A stretch of DNA of 64,000 nt, from the IMG/VR virus record IMGVR_UViG_3300013121_000029, positions 1-64,000 of that record; one strand, given 5' to 3'. Below, piece by piece: positions 39,970-49,883 of this stretch; position 1 is the stretch's first letter, and every line of letters begins with the position of its first letter. The translations under genes were made by a program, and so were the position numbers. The notes under the pieces are model-generated. The model searched no databases. It was not told where the DNA came from and saw nothing but the letters and a program-made list of their open reading frames with translations. This DNA is from a virus. Taxonomy: Duplodnaviria; Caudoviricetes.

Positions 39970-40800
39970 TTATTTGTACACTATATAATTTTGGTATAAA
40001 TTTGAATCTGTACCATATTCGCCGTCTGCAAATCCTGTTAAATAGAATTTTTCAAACGAATGTCCTGTTCGATATGCTGGTCTTATAATTCCAAACATTG
40101 TATCTTTACACCCTAATACTCCGATTCTAGCAACAAAATCTTCTGTGTTAACAAAATGAAATGGTGGATAAGGAATGACAGGCATTTCATCTGCACCAGA
40201 ACCGAATGTGTATACTTCTAATTTGTGAAGAATTTGGTTAACTTGAGCATCTTGTTTTAATCTTTTAATTATGTTTGATATAACAATTCCACCTTGAGAA
40301 TGTCCAATTAAAATAACTTTATCTTGTGACAATAATGCTTGTTTGATTATTTTTGCATAAGAATTTACAATTGGTTCTCTTATGTTCAATGTTCTTCCTA
40401 AGAAACATTCTAATATATCAATTAAAAGACCATTAGTAGGATTGTATAATCCTACTACTTTGTGTCTTAGCAAATAAGACAGATAATGTACTTGATGTGA
40501 GTATTTGTTTTCTGACGTTAACACACCATTAATATAAAAGATGATAGTGCCATCATTATCACGTTTATAAGAGTTTTCTGGAGCTGTAATGACAGGATGG
40601 TGATCGTTTAAATGGATACGAGGGACAATAAAATGCCATAAGGTTGACCAAACTGTATTTGGGTTTCTTTTTGGACAAAATCTAAGTATTTTTTCGTGAT
40701 TTTCTACATCATGTTTATTAGTTTTTTTCCATAAAAACAAATATTGAATATTTGTGAGAATTAGTGTTAGATCACGCCACAGATTAGATAAAAGGTTCAT
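39970..40800 (-). CDS. alpha/beta-hydrolase (lipase-like)
   Basis: FYING, LIGHSQGG, YTFG, EDFV, GHSF. Confidence 0.8.
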   Translation of the reverse strand: MNLLSNLWRDLTLILTNIQYLFLWKKTNKHDVENHEKILRFCPKRNPNTVWSTLWHFIVPRIHLNDHHPVITAPENSYKRDNDGTIIFYINGVLTSENKYSHQVHYLSYLLRHKVVGLYNPTNGLLIDILECFLGRTLNIREPIVNSYAKIIKQALLSQDKVILIGHSQGGIVISNIIKRLKQDAQVNQILHKLEVYTFGSGADEMPVIPYPPFHFVNTEDFVARIGVLGCKDTMFGIIRPAYRTGHSFEKFYLTGFADGEYGTDSNLYQNYIVYK

Positions 40801-40844
40801 TCTATGTTCCTCACCATACTATATTACTATTTAGATCAGAAAAC

Positions 40845-40873
40845 AAAAAACCGCGCCAAAGCGCGGTTTTTTT
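40845..40873. terminator. terminator
   Basis: AAAAAACCGCGC-CAAA-GCGCGGTTTTTT. Confidence 0.85.
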
Positions 40874-40888
40874 ATTTCGAAACGTTGA

Positions 40889-41491
40889 TTAACATTCGCA
40901 ACGATACTTAGGACACTTGCAACCCATGCAAGTTTCTTCGTCTTCAGGTTTACGTGGAGGAACATCATCTGCATCAAATTCAAGATCGACATCGTCCGAA
41001 GGAGGCATATCGTCCGAAGGAACTTCATCAGATGGTACATCTTCAGGAACCTCATCATCCATTGGCATATCATCATCCATTGGCATATCATCATCCATTG
41101 GCATTTCGTCAGATGGAGATACCATCTCTTTGCCCTTAGATGCAAAATATTGATGTAAGGAGTCAGTTGCTAATTCCTCATCGCCATCAATGATAGCATG
41201 AATCATAGTTTTAAGTAAGTCTTTTTCTTCGCCCATTCCGTCTTCTACAGGCTCATCGTCCATTGGAAGTTCGTCATCAGCATTCATTTCAGGTTCGTCT
41301 TCAGGCATATCATCTGATGGAACATCATCAGTTGGCATATCTTCAGGAACTTCATCAGTTGGTACATCAGAGCCAACATCAAGATCAAGTTCGTCATCAA
41401 CAACCCCTTCTTTAACGGGCTTGAGATTTAATTTGTTATTTTCTTTGGAAAACAACTTCTTCATTTTTGTTTTCTTTGGCGCGTTCTTCAT
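40889..41491 (-). CDS. very acidic low-complexity protein (prohead core/scaffold-like)
   Basis: DDMPM / DEVP repeats (18-bp tandem repeats ~41055-41108), central MIHAIIDGD helix, AAGGAG RBS and TAAATA. Confidence 0.65.
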   Translation of the reverse strand: MKNAPKKTKMKKLFSKENNKLNLKPVKEGVVDDELDLDVGSDVPTDEVPEDMPTDDVPSDDMPEDEPEMNADDELPMDDEPVEDGMGEEKDLLKTMIHAIIDGDEELATDSLHQYFASKGKEMVSPSDEMPMDDDMPMDDDMPMDDEVPEDVPSDEVPSDDMPPSDDVDLEFDADDVPPRKPEDEETCMGCKCPKYRCEC

Positions 41492-41552
41492 TTATAGTCT
41501 CCTTGTGCCAGACTTGAGTATTTATGAAGAGTGAAAGAAAAGGTATCAAAAA

Positions 41553-41975
41553 TCATTGACACCAATTGTATTTCTCGCCTTGACCAGAATATGGCATTGC
41601 ATGTTTTTTATCAATCATTAATTTATTGATATTAACACCATTCGATGTGGTTACAGTAGCATTTATACGACCACCGTATTTGTCCCACTTATAACTTGAA
41701 ATTTCTACAATGCTTCCTACAGGTAATTGTTCCATTAAGAAGTTTGATGCTAATACTGCTTTATCATGTTCTTTATTACATTTTGATCTACTTCCTTTTT
41801 CAGGGGTGTCAATACCATTTAATCGAATATACACTACGTTTAATGGAGGTGGTAAATCAACATGAGTTTTGAAAGTATCACCATCATATACTTGATCTAC
41901 TACAACATGAAAAGGTTCAGATGCCAGTGCAATAGTGGATATACACAATAGAAAGAAGAATAAAATTGCTTTCAT
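41553..41975 (-). CDS. thermonuclease (SNase) family protein with signal peptide
   Basis: VYDGDT, IRLNGIDTPE, DKYGGR. Confidence 0.9.
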   Translation of the reverse strand: MKAILFFFLLCISTIALASEPFHVVVDQVYDGDTFKTHVDLPPPLNVVYIRLNGIDTPEKGSRSKCNKEHDKAVLASNFLMEQLPVGSIVEISSYKWDKYGGRINATVTTSNGVNINKLMIDKKHAMPYSGQGEKYNWCQ

Positions 41976-42172
41976 AAAAACATCTCATAAAAAACTTTAA
42001 AGGTAATTGGTTTATCGTCAAACGATTCTTTAACAGCAAAATCTTTAGCGGCTTTCTTGCTGATTGTTTTTGCGACCTTTTTTACACGAGGCGGGCAGTT
42101 ATCTATTTGTCCTGTTTGGCAAGCATGTACCCACCCCATAAACTTACGTTGTGCTTCTGATTGAGCTGGCAT
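41972..42172 (-). CDS. small conserved phage protein
   Basis: MPAQSEAQRKFMG...KDFA. Confidence 0.65.
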   Translation of the reverse strand: MPAQSEAQRKFMGWVHACQTGQIDNCPPRVKKVAKTISKKAAKDFAVKESFDDKPITFKVFYEMFL

Positions 42173-42194
42173 AGAAATATCTCTTTAAAGATAT

Positions 42195-42359
42195 TTAGTC
42201 AGCATCCTCATCCTGTTCGATGGACTCAATCAATGCATCCATTTCGGCATAGAATTGTGAATATAAATCAACAATGTCATCCATATCATGAACTCGACTT
42301 GCTGATTCAAGTTCATCATGTAATGAATCCATAAGTTTTCTAACACGTGTTGTATTCAT
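42195..42359 (-). CDS. small acidic protein (54 aa, below ORF-track cutoff)
   Basis: MNTTRVRKLMDSLHDELESASRVHDMDDIVDLYSQFYAEMDALIESIEQDEDAD*, GAGGGG RBS. Confidence 0.6.
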   Translation of the reverse strand: MNTTRVRKLMDSLHDELESASRVHDMDDIVDLYSQFYAEMDALIESIEQDEDAD

Positions 42360-42360
42360 A

Positions 42361-42621
42361 TTACCCCCTCAACAATTCTCTACCATTTACGTCAACAATG
42401 GCAATTCGTAACAAAGCTCCAGCATTCTCTAAAAGCAGCTTTGCTAATGCTGATTGAGCTGCTTGTGGTGTGGTAAATTTTGGCGAAGCTTCACTAATAC
42501 CATTTTTAACAACATAATATTGTGTAGGTTCTACATCTTGTATTTTCGATTGTGGTTGGTTAATTGCTAATCCATCAGATTGGATAGCAGGATTATCATT
42601 AATTAATGTTTTTTTATCCAT
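42361..42621 (-). CDS. hypothetical protein
   Basis: Likely start MDKKTL after AAGGA. Confidence 0.55.
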   Translation of the reverse strand: MDKKTLINDNPAIQSDGLAINQPQSKIQDVEPTQYYVVKNGISEASPKFTTPQAAQSALAKLLLENAGALLRIAIVDVNGRELLRG

Positions 42622-42625
42622 GTTT

Positions 42626-43075
42626 TCATCCTTCAAGTTTTGATTTAATGTATGTAGAAGCAAATTCATTATCATATGTACCATCATGATCTTTTCTTAA
42701 GGCACCAAATACTTTACCGAACTCTTTAATAGACGTTGCATTGACTTGTACACAAAGTTGATCAATAAGTTGTTTTAATTCTTCCTGAGTTTTTTGTGGT
42801 GGTAAAAATCCCATTAGAACGTCACGTTCGATAGAAGTTTTGTTGGATATACCAGCTACTTTTTCCGTTTCAGTAATATTCTTAATGTATTGTTTTACAA
42901 GTTGTACAATTTCCAACGTAGATAATTCACGTTTATAGTTCTTTTGTTGTTTCTCAATATCACCAATAAAAGAAGATAGTAATAATGCTTTAATCTCAGA
43001 TGTTGGATTTTTTGTCTTCATAAAATCAAGACGTGCTGCAATTTGGGCACGTTTGATATCGGTAACGCTACTCAT
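42626..43075 (-). CDS. GatB/YqeY domain protein
   Basis: MK..., E..VL..FLP.Q.T.EEL, KEFGKV.GAL...DG. Confidence 0.85.
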   Translation of the reverse strand: MSSVTDIKRAQIAARLDFMKTKNPTSEIKALLLSSFIGDIEKQQKNYKRELSTLEIVQLVKQYIKNITETEKVAGISNKTSIERDVLMGFLPPQKTQEELKQLIDQLCVQVNATSIKEFGKVFGALRKDHDGTYDNEFASTYIKSKLEG

Positions 43076-43086
43076 TTTTGACTCCT

Positions 43087-43608
43087 TTAAGTTATGTCTA
43101 GTAGTAATTTGATAGTAGAGATATCTCTCCTAGCAAGATTATATATGGGTATTTTATAATAAGTTGCAATTCGTAATGCTTGACCAGTGCCTCCAGTATT
43201 AATAGTTGTTTTGTTGCCATCTTCACAACCATCAGCTGTATAACAAACGACAAAGTCAACTGGGTCGTCACAATTTATTCCTAAAATTTGATGAACGTTT
43301 CTCGAATGTAGATTTCTAACAGCCCTTTCCAACATTGTCCATTTGGGATGGAATTGCTGAGCAATTTGTTCAGCTTTATCGGATTTTTTATACAAAAGTG
43401 AGGGATTATTGTTGAATCCTTTCCAAGGTAAAAAAATCTCCATTTGACCCTTTCCTTGAACAGCTCCTCTCTCAAATGCTAAATCACAACCATCGGCTCC
43501 TCCGCTACGTAATAACCATCCTTGTTCAGCAGCTGATTTTGCAAACTCTTCTATTTGTGTTATAATGTGTGGCGGAACTGTCCTGCTTCCTATTCCAGCA
43601 TATTTCAT
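43087..43608 (-). CDS. SLOG/DprA-like nucleotide-binding protein
   Basis: YAGIGSR, LRSGGA.G.D.AFE, IFLPW, RN.HQILG, GGTGQA. Confidence 0.85.
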   Translation of the reverse strand: MKYAGIGSRTVPPHIITQIEEFAKSAAEQGWLLRSGGADGCDLAFERGAVQGKGQMEIFLPWKGFNNNPSLLYKKSDKAEQIAQQFHPKWTMLERAVRNLHSRNVHQILGINCDDPVDFVVCYTADGCEDGNKTTINTGGTGQALRIATYYKIPIYNLARRDISTIKLLLDIT

Positions 43609-44750
43609 TAGATAAGTTCTCCTCTTTTTCCGAAGAGTGTTTTGAGAGTATCGTTTGTGATAACTCCATCCTTAATTATAGTTCCGGCATGTAAAGATTC
43701 AAACATTTCAACTAAATCTTCACGATGCACTAATTCATCAGTATCAATATTGGATACCATTAAATCCACGTAAGGATAAATAGCATTTGCTAATAATTCT
43801 GATGATGTTTTAGGTACAGAACCAGGCATATTGGGAATGGCGATGAAATAATGCTTTCCAATTTTCTTATATCGATCAATAAGATTAGTAGGTTCAATTC
43901 CTTCAATACAACCACCCTGATCGATAGACACATCCACAAATACAGTACTTCTATATTCTGGTCCTTGCATTGTATCTATCATTTCTTTGGTAATTAGTTT
44001 AGGTGCCTTATCATCAGGAACTAACGCTCCACAAACGACAATGCCAACGTCATTGGTATAATTACAAAGACGTTCTTTGAAAATTGTGGGATCTTCAGCA
44101 ATATTAAAAGTACTAATGCTTGGAAAGAATCCTTGTATTGAATCTAATTTATTTTGATTAACATCAAATACTTCAATATAAGGATCATCACCATCTGCAG
44201 TACTGACAGCATGAAATCCTACTGTTCCTGCTCCTACAACTAATACACGGTGAGCATCATTTAACACTTCACCTAGTTCTGTTCTAAGAACATCGTTTGC
44301 CATATGGATTGCTAATTTTCCAGCAATTTTTGACATTGGAAATAGAAGAGGTAACGATAATTGTCCATACCTATTTTTAATAGATACACTTTCAAATGCG
44401 ATGCATGTCACCTTTCTTTCGAGTAGTATTTTAGTTAGATGAGGAAAGGCTGCAAGATGAAAATAACAAAATAAGATATGGGAATCGTTTAAGTATTGCA
44501 AATCAAATTGATTAGGTTCTTTAACTTTAACAATTAAACGAGCGTTGCTATAAACAGTATAAACTGAGCCAACAATCGCTCCTGCTCTTGTATAATCTTC
44601 ATTTGAGAACCCTGCTGATTTTCCAGCGTTTGTTTCTACATATACTTTAATGCCAGGATTTTTTTGTATGATAGCTTCAACGTGATAGGGGGTTAACGCG
44701 ACACGTCCCTCACCAAGTTTTCGTTCAACAGGAATACCAATATTATACAT
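43608..44750 (-). CDS. ald: alanine dehydrogenase
   Basis: IGIP.E...E.RVALTP, VKVKEP, YFHLAA, LPLL.PMS.IAG, GAGTVG, VDVSIDQGGC, NMPG.VP. Confidence 0.9.
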   Translation of the reverse strand: MYNIGIPVERKLGEGRVALTPYHVEAIIQKNPGIKVYVETNAGKSAGFSNEDYTRAGAIVGSVYTVYSNARLIVKVKEPNQFDLQYLNDSHILFCYFHLAAFPHLTKILLERKVTCIAFESVSIKNRYGQLSLPLLFPMSKIAGKLAIHMANDVLRTELGEVLNDAHRVLVVGAGTVGFHAVSTADGDDPYIEVFDVNQNKLDSIQGFFPSISTFNIAEDPTIFKERLCNYTNDVGIVVCGALVPDDKAPKLITKEMIDTMQGPEYRSTVFVDVSIDQGGCIEGIEPTNLIDRYKKIGKHYFIAIPNMPGSVPKTSSELLANAIYPYVDLMVSNIDTDELVHREDLVEMFESLHAGTIIKDGVITNDTLKTLFGKRGELI

Positions 44751-44755
44751 AATTA

Positions 44756-44806
44756 AACCTCGAATCGAGATGAAGTAATTATACTAGATTTCGATTCGAG
44801 GTTCAA
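44756..44806 (-). promoter_or_regulatory. promoter embedded in an RBS-occluding inverted repeat
   Basis: TTGAAC-N17-TATAAT on -; arms 44756-44771 and 44788-44803 cover the GAGG of ald. Confidence 0.7.
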
Positions 44807-44813
44807 CCGGTTT

Positions 44814-46268
44814 TTAGACTGTTACATACTCCATTGCTTTATTCGTTAACTCACGAATTTCATCAATCGTTTGATCACGTAACAATGCACCATTTTCAAA
44901 CACTACATCCATTAAATCAGTATCTGTTGGTAATACATCTTCAATGCGTTTCGATACAATATCACCTTCATATGTTTGAACTGTAGTCAAACGACCTTTT
45001 CTTGAGGTCTTTCCTGAATCAGTAATTGGGTCTTTGAATACATCTCTCCAAACACCATTTACACAAATCGCTGATGCTTTTTGAGCGAATTTGTAATCAT
45101 CACGAGTTACACCTTGTAATAAAGCACCACCCATTCCAAATACAAAGTTTTCAGCACTAATTCCACGTTCTGCAGCAAAGTATAGAATATCGTGAATTGT
45201 ATCGAAATTAATACCATCTCCCTGTAATACACGAATATATGGCGGAAGTACTTTGTACCCTTTAGAGTTAATAGTGTATCCAAATAATTTCATTAATTTA
45301 GTTACACAATCAATTGGTACAGTTACAGGATCGCCAGAATCAGGTCTTACAACAAAACGACCACCAGCATTTACAATACGATCTTTATACTGTGTTCCTA
45401 CTTTTTGCACAAAACGCATTGTGTCATATGTATCAGCTACACAAGAAACGATTTGGAATGATTTAGTATCTTTGCAACGTTGTTCCAAGATACTTACCAT
45501 CTTTTCGATTGCTGGTGTATCATCTCTTTCTTCAGCAATTGAATTAGCACACATTGTTGAGTGTTCTGATGCAATTACAGAGAATCCAATAACACCTGTA
45601 GCATTATAGTAATCAATTGCAGCTACTAAACCACCCATCGTATCTGTTCCAAAGAAGTTAACCAAGTGAGCAACATCCCCGATTTGAGCACTTTCTTCAG
45701 AGGACACACCACGATATCCAAAATCATGTAATGCAAACGCGAGACTGTCAAGGTTATCGGCTGTTTTTTCTAACCAATTTTTGATTTCCAATTTAATTCT
45801 AAATGAGTTAGTAGCAACAGTAGAACCATACCAAGCTGCTTTAAGAGCAAGAGTTTCGAAGTAAGATGGAATCCATGGAAACTCAGGATCAGTATTTTCG
45901 ATGGTATATAAAACTGTTTTAGTAGGAACAACCATTCCTTCTTTGACAGCTCTAATACGAATGGGTAAGAATCCGTTACATTTATTAACTAAACGTTCCC
46001 ATCCTGTGCGATTGAAAATACCAGGTCCTAAGTGCGCATCGATTAATGATTGAGCGTAATCAACGTCTTTCATAGTAATTTGTTTAACAAGGTAGTTTTT
46101 TAATGCAATTTGCATTCCAAAATATACCACCCATTCAAAACCTGATACAGAACCTCTTGATCCACCATGTGAGTGAACATATTCAGTTCCTTCTGGATTC
46201 TGCATCCAGTGTCCTACTTTGTAGGAGTCAGACATCATAATTAAGTTTTTTGTTTTCATAGTAAGCAC
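44814..46268 (-). CDS. nadV: nicotinamide phosphoribosyltransferase
   Basis: DSYK..H, LHDFGYRG, FFGTD, ASEHS, VVRPDSGDP, QGDG, FGMGGALLQ, KDPITD.GK.S.KG. Confidence 0.95.
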   Translation of the reverse strand: MLTMKTKNLIMMSDSYKVGHWMQNPEGTEYVHSHGGSRGSVSGFEWVVYFGMQIALKNYLVKQITMKDVDYAQSLIDAHLGPGIFNRTGWERLVNKCNGFLPIRIRAVKEGMVVPTKTVLYTIENTDPEFPWIPSYFETLALKAAWYGSTVATNSFRIKLEIKNWLEKTADNLDSLAFALHDFGYRGVSSEESAQIGDVAHLVNFFGTDTMGGLVAAIDYYNATGVIGFSVIASEHSTMCANSIAEERDDTPAIEKMVSILEQRCKDTKSFQIVSCVADTYDTMRFVQKVGTQYKDRIVNAGGRFVVRPDSGDPVTVPIDCVTKLMKLFGYTINSKGYKVLPPYIRVLQGDGINFDTIHDILYFAAERGISAENFVFGMGGALLQGVTRDDYKFAQKASAICVNGVWRDVFKDPITDSGKTSRKGRLTTVQTYEGDIVSKRIEDVLPTDTDLMDVVFENGALLRDQTIDEIRELTNKAMEYVTV

Positions 46269-46277
46269 CTCGCTTGT

Positions 46278-47390
46278 TTATTTGATTGTTAAATTTGATG
46301 AAATAATGTGGTAATGATCGTCGAAGAATCTTTCTTCCACTTTTGGAAGGAATTCGATCGGTAACCATTCTACATGGAGAGCATCACTCCCTGCTTTTAC
46401 CTTCGGTAACGTTGGCTCATCAAGCACAATGATACCTGCATGTGTAATTGTTTGTCCTCTTAGAGAACGATTTGGAGCATCATACACATTGATTGTTTTT
46501 AAACATTTTTCGATAATTCTTGGTGGAACATCAATACTTGTTTCTTCTTTAAGTTCACGTAATATACATTGTTTAAGTGTTTCTTTACGTTTAGCTTCAA
46601 GGAAGCCACCTGGTAAGGCTAATAATCCTCTTCCTTGTTTACCACCACGCGTAACAGTAAGAACATAACCATTACAATATACTACTGCATCACCAGTTAC
46701 AAATGGTCCTTCACCATAAATTTTACGTTTTGCTTCAATGTCATTTTTCCAATCGATTAAATTTTCAAGAACGTATTCGTGTTCATTAAAAATGGATTGA
46801 ATCTTTTCGATTACAGGTTTACAAGTAATTTGTTCAACGAAATTGATACTATCGACTTCATGTTGTTGGAATGTTTGTGTTCCAAACTTCCACAGATACA
46901 TTAATGATGAATCAAATAAATGTTCACGAATATTAGTGGCATTTACAATCTTTCCATTAATTTCATATGCTGATACTTCAGCATATTTCCATTGTGGTTT
47001 AAACCATTTGATATATGAAGAGGAATTATCCTTTTCGTAACCAAATAAAGTTACTTCGTAAGGTTCTTGTACGGTGGCATGAATGATATTTGATACTTGT
47101 GTACGTACGGCAATTAACCAATCAGCATCTGAGTAGTGATAATCACGAACGTATGTAAATTGAATTCTTTTTAATGTATCAGCATCGTACATGGCTGATA
47201 CCATCATTTGTCTTTCAGCAGCAGTGAAAGGATCTTTAGGGGTTCTAGGGGATTTTGCAGAACCGAGACAGACAATTACAAAGTCAGATGATTGTAATGC
47301 TGTATCGATAAGGTGTTTGTGTCCTTTGTGGGGAGGGTTCATTCTCCCAATAACGACACCGAATTTTATTGCTTTTTTATTTGTATTCAT
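46278..47390 (-). CDS. nadM: bifunctional NMN adenylyltransferase / Nudix ADP-ribose pyrophosphatase
   Basis: GRMNPPHKGH, PFTA.ER, NATNIR; LPGGF...RELKEET Nudix box; FDDH. Confidence 0.93.
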   Translation of the reverse strand: MNTNKKAIKFGVVIGRMNPPHKGHKHLIDTALQSSDFVIVCLGSAKSPRTPKDPFTAAERQMMVSAMYDADTLKRIQFTYVRDYHYSDADWLIAVRTQVSNIIHATVQEPYEVTLFGYEKDNSSSYIKWFKPQWKYAEVSAYEINGKIVNATNIREHLFDSSLMYLWKFGTQTFQQHEVDSINFVEQITCKPVIEKIQSIFNEHEYVLENLIDWKNDIEAKRKIYGEGPFVTGDAVVYCNGYVLTVTRGGKQGRGLLALPGGFLEAKRKETLKQCILRELKEETSIDVPPRIIEKCLKTINVYDAPNRSLRGQTITHAGIIVLDEPTLPKVKAGSDALHVEWLPIEFLPKVEERFFDDHYHIISSNLTIK

Positions 47391-47515
47391 GTTTGGCCTC
47401 CAAACGTTTAATTATTGATTTTGTAAAACTATTATAATATAAGTCCCACCTTGGGACAAGAGTATTTAGTAATTATTTTAAAAAGGTTCCTGTATTAATT
47501 GTTAAATCAGTTAGT

Positions 47516-48079
47516 TCATATTGAATTTGCTTTACATAATGAATATGCTCGATTTTTCCATCCGTTTTCGAATACTTTTAATTTTGGGTTACGAGCAATT
47601 ATTCGTTGATAAAATCCCCACATTTCATCACAAAATGCAGTTAATAAGATTTGTTCTTTATCATCAGCACAAGCATTAATAACTCCCATGGTAGCAGGAC
47701 CAACGATGCCATCAACTGTCAATCTCATTCCGAATGCTTTATTAAGAGCAGTTTGCAATAGCTTATGTGCTTGAGAAGTACCCATATTTACAGCAGCATC
47801 AAATACTTTTGTGGCAATAGTATCATCAACAATGTTACCATATTTGTTCTTATCCCACCAAATTTTTTGATAGATTTTCTTAGCATCAGCAATTTTCATA
47901 TTTTTGATGTCTTGAATATCAACATCCCCATCTTTATCGATATCACCAAGTTCAGGATAATCTTTTAAGAATCTCAATGATACACCATAATTCGTTGCAC
48001 CACCAGGATCATTAGGGTTATTAACATAACCACCTTCATGTTTAAGTAATACTACTATTGCTTTTTCGAAATTTGCCAT
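47516..48079 (-). CDS. glycoside hydrolase family 108 endolysin
   Basis: HEGGYVNNPNDPGGATNYG, FDAAVN.G, DG.VGP.T, F.NGW.NR. Confidence 0.93.
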   Translation of the reverse strand: MANFEKAIVVLLKHEGGYVNNPNDPGGATNYGVSLRFLKDYPELGDIDKDGDVDIQDIKNMKIADAKKIYQKIWWDKNKYGNIVDDTIATKVFDAAVNMGTSQAHKLLQTALNKAFGMRLTVDGIVGPATMGVINACADDKEQILLTAFCDEMWGFYQRIIARNPKLKVFENGWKNRAYSLCKANSI

Positions 48080-48089
48080 TTTTATATCC

Positions 48090-48347
48090 TTATGTTATAT
48101 CTATTTTTGCTATTATTTTAAGTGCTGCTAACCATTTAACAACAGCTTCTGCTTCCTTGTATTTATCAAATATAAAAGCATCACCCATATCACGCGACCA
48201 CATAACAGTATTATGTTTAACGTTATCATAATCTGCAAGATAGAAATGAGGGGTTTTATCAGTTTTCTGTCGAACAATGACATATTCCATTACATTATTA
48301 TCCATCGCGTCGTCGTCATCTTCGTGAAAGTACATATTATACCTCAT
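48090..48347 (-). CDS. hypothetical protein
   Basis: Coupled ORF. Confidence 0.55.
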   Translation of the reverse strand: MRYNMYFHEDDDDAMDNNVMEYVIVRQKTDKTPHFYLADYDNVKHNTVMWSRDMGDAFIFDKYKEAEAVVKWLAALKIIAKIDIT

Positions 48348-49138
48348 TAAAATTTTGCATATTCAGGGAATCCTTCATCTATAAGTTCTTGTTTTATTAC
48401 ATCTAATTCTCTTTCGTAAATTGGTATTTTCATGTGTTTTCTAACAATACGATCGACTTCATATGGTATTCCACTTAACGATAATAAATCAATACCACGT
48501 ATCATAAACACGCCCATAATATTTGATTTGATTGGTGAACTACTAATAAAAGATTGTTTAACTTGTTTGCACGTTTTATGTATATTATGCAATGTGGTAA
48601 GTGATTTACTACTTATATGAATACCTGATTCTGGACTTGAAGGATATCCTTCGACGCTTGTAATTTGATCACATCCGAATGTAGTTAAACTTCCTTTTAA
48701 TACAGAAGGTAGTCCTTTAACTGATGTTATTGGTAATGATGCTAATGTGATGTCTCCGCCTACATGAGAAGGAAAATGTTCTAACGACGTAATGCTGCAA
48801 TTTCTGATATGACAATTAGATCCGATATATATTGGACATCCTTTCAAAGATGTTAAATTAGGCAAGTCCATTAGTGTGAAATCCCCTGAGACCGTGTGTG
48901 GACACCAACCTTCGAGACTTGTCAATTTGGAGGATGTAAATAGTTTAAAATCACCAACGACTTCACCAAAACGAAGATGTGGTAATAACGGTTTAACACA
49001 CCTATCGTAATCAATACATGTCCATTGTCTATGGTTAGCGTTAGCAAAATTTAGATTAACATATCCTTCTTTTGATAAAGAAAGATATTTTAAGGGTATA
49101 AAGGATAACTTTGAAAATTCTTGTAATATATTGTCCAT
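48347..49138 (-). CDS. LRR-like repeat protein, type B copy 1
   Basis: LTSLEG.P / LTSLKGCP repeats; C-terminal LHK..K, I..HM...ELIDEG...AK shared with 59705..60559. Confidence 0.8.
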   Translation of the reverse strand: MDNILQEFSKLSFIPLKYLSLSKEGYVNLNFANANHRQWTCIDYDRCVKPLLPHLRFGEVVGDFKLFTSSKLTSLEGWCPHTVSGDFTLMDLPNLTSLKGCPIYIGSNCHIRNCSITSLEHFPSHVGGDITLASLPITSVKGLPSVLKGSLTTFGCDQITSVEGYPSSPESGIHISSKSLTTLHNIHKTCKQVKQSFISSSPIKSNIMGVFMIRGIDLLSLSGIPYEVDRIVRKHMKIPIYERELDVIKQELIDEGFPEYAKF

Positions 49139-49181
49139 AAACAGTTATCATTGATTGGATTAACTATTTATGGACAAATAG

Positions 49182-49553
49182 TCATTTTAACTTTGCTTTA
49201 TGAACGATTCCATCATTTATATTCATTACATAATATGATTGATCAATTTCGTTGTTGTTATGTACACAAACATCAAATATAGCTGATTCGACAGGAACTT
49301 TAAGATTGTTAACTACTTTATTAAACAATTTTTCAAGTTGTTGTGGTTTTGAAGGAAGTACAACGTCCCCATATATGGAAAGAATAATGCTAGAAGTGCT
49401 AGCATATCTATCGTTATTATTTAAAACAACAATATTTAATTTATCATATGGTAATATCTGTTTTGCAATTTGCACAAAATTAATATCACCGTGTTTTGCT
49501 TCAATGTGATTAAGATGAATACTACCATTAATTCTTACGAAAGTATCTGCCAT
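49182..49553 (-). CDS. hypothetical protein
   Basis: GAGGAG RBS. Confidence 0.6.
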   Translation of the reverse strand: MADTFVRINGSIHLNHIEAKHGDINFVQIAKQILPYDKLNIVVLNNNDRYASTSSIILSIYGDVVLPSKPQQLEKLFNKVVNNLKVPVESAIFDVCVHNNNEIDQSYYVMNINDGIVHKAKLK

Positions 49554-49564
49554 TTTAGTTCTCC

Positions 49565-49882
49565 TCAGAAAATACTCATTGCACGTTTATAATCATCAAT
49601 TGCTGTATCACACATAGACTTATCATATTTTACTACTTTTCCGTTATAGTAATCTTCGATGGCTTCTATTGCCACTTCTTCTTTCGCGGCCATGTCCCAT
49701 AATTCGCCTGTATCATTATCGAATATCAACCAACAACTAACATCAAAGTCTTGTTTTGTTTGATATTCACCTGGTTCGAAGATATCTGTGTTAGTCCATT
49801 TATTATGGGAGGGATTTTTACATTCTTTATAATCTATAGAGAATTCGACTTCATCTTTGTGAATTAATAGGTACTCTTTCAT
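49565..49882 (-). CDS. hypothetical protein
   Basis: Packed ORF. Confidence 0.6.
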   Translation of the reverse strand: MKEYLLIHKDEVEFSIDYKECKNPSHNKWTNTDIFEPGEYQTKQDFDVSCWLIFDNDTGELWDMAAKEEVAIEAIEDYYNGKVVKYDKSMCDTAIDDYKRAMSIF

Positions 49883-49883
49883 A

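Noticed and set aside
40831-41153. ORFs with CQWMMI or HHPLAY repeats
   Set aside because: Alternative-frame shadows of the 18-bp repeats in the acidic protein 40889..41491.
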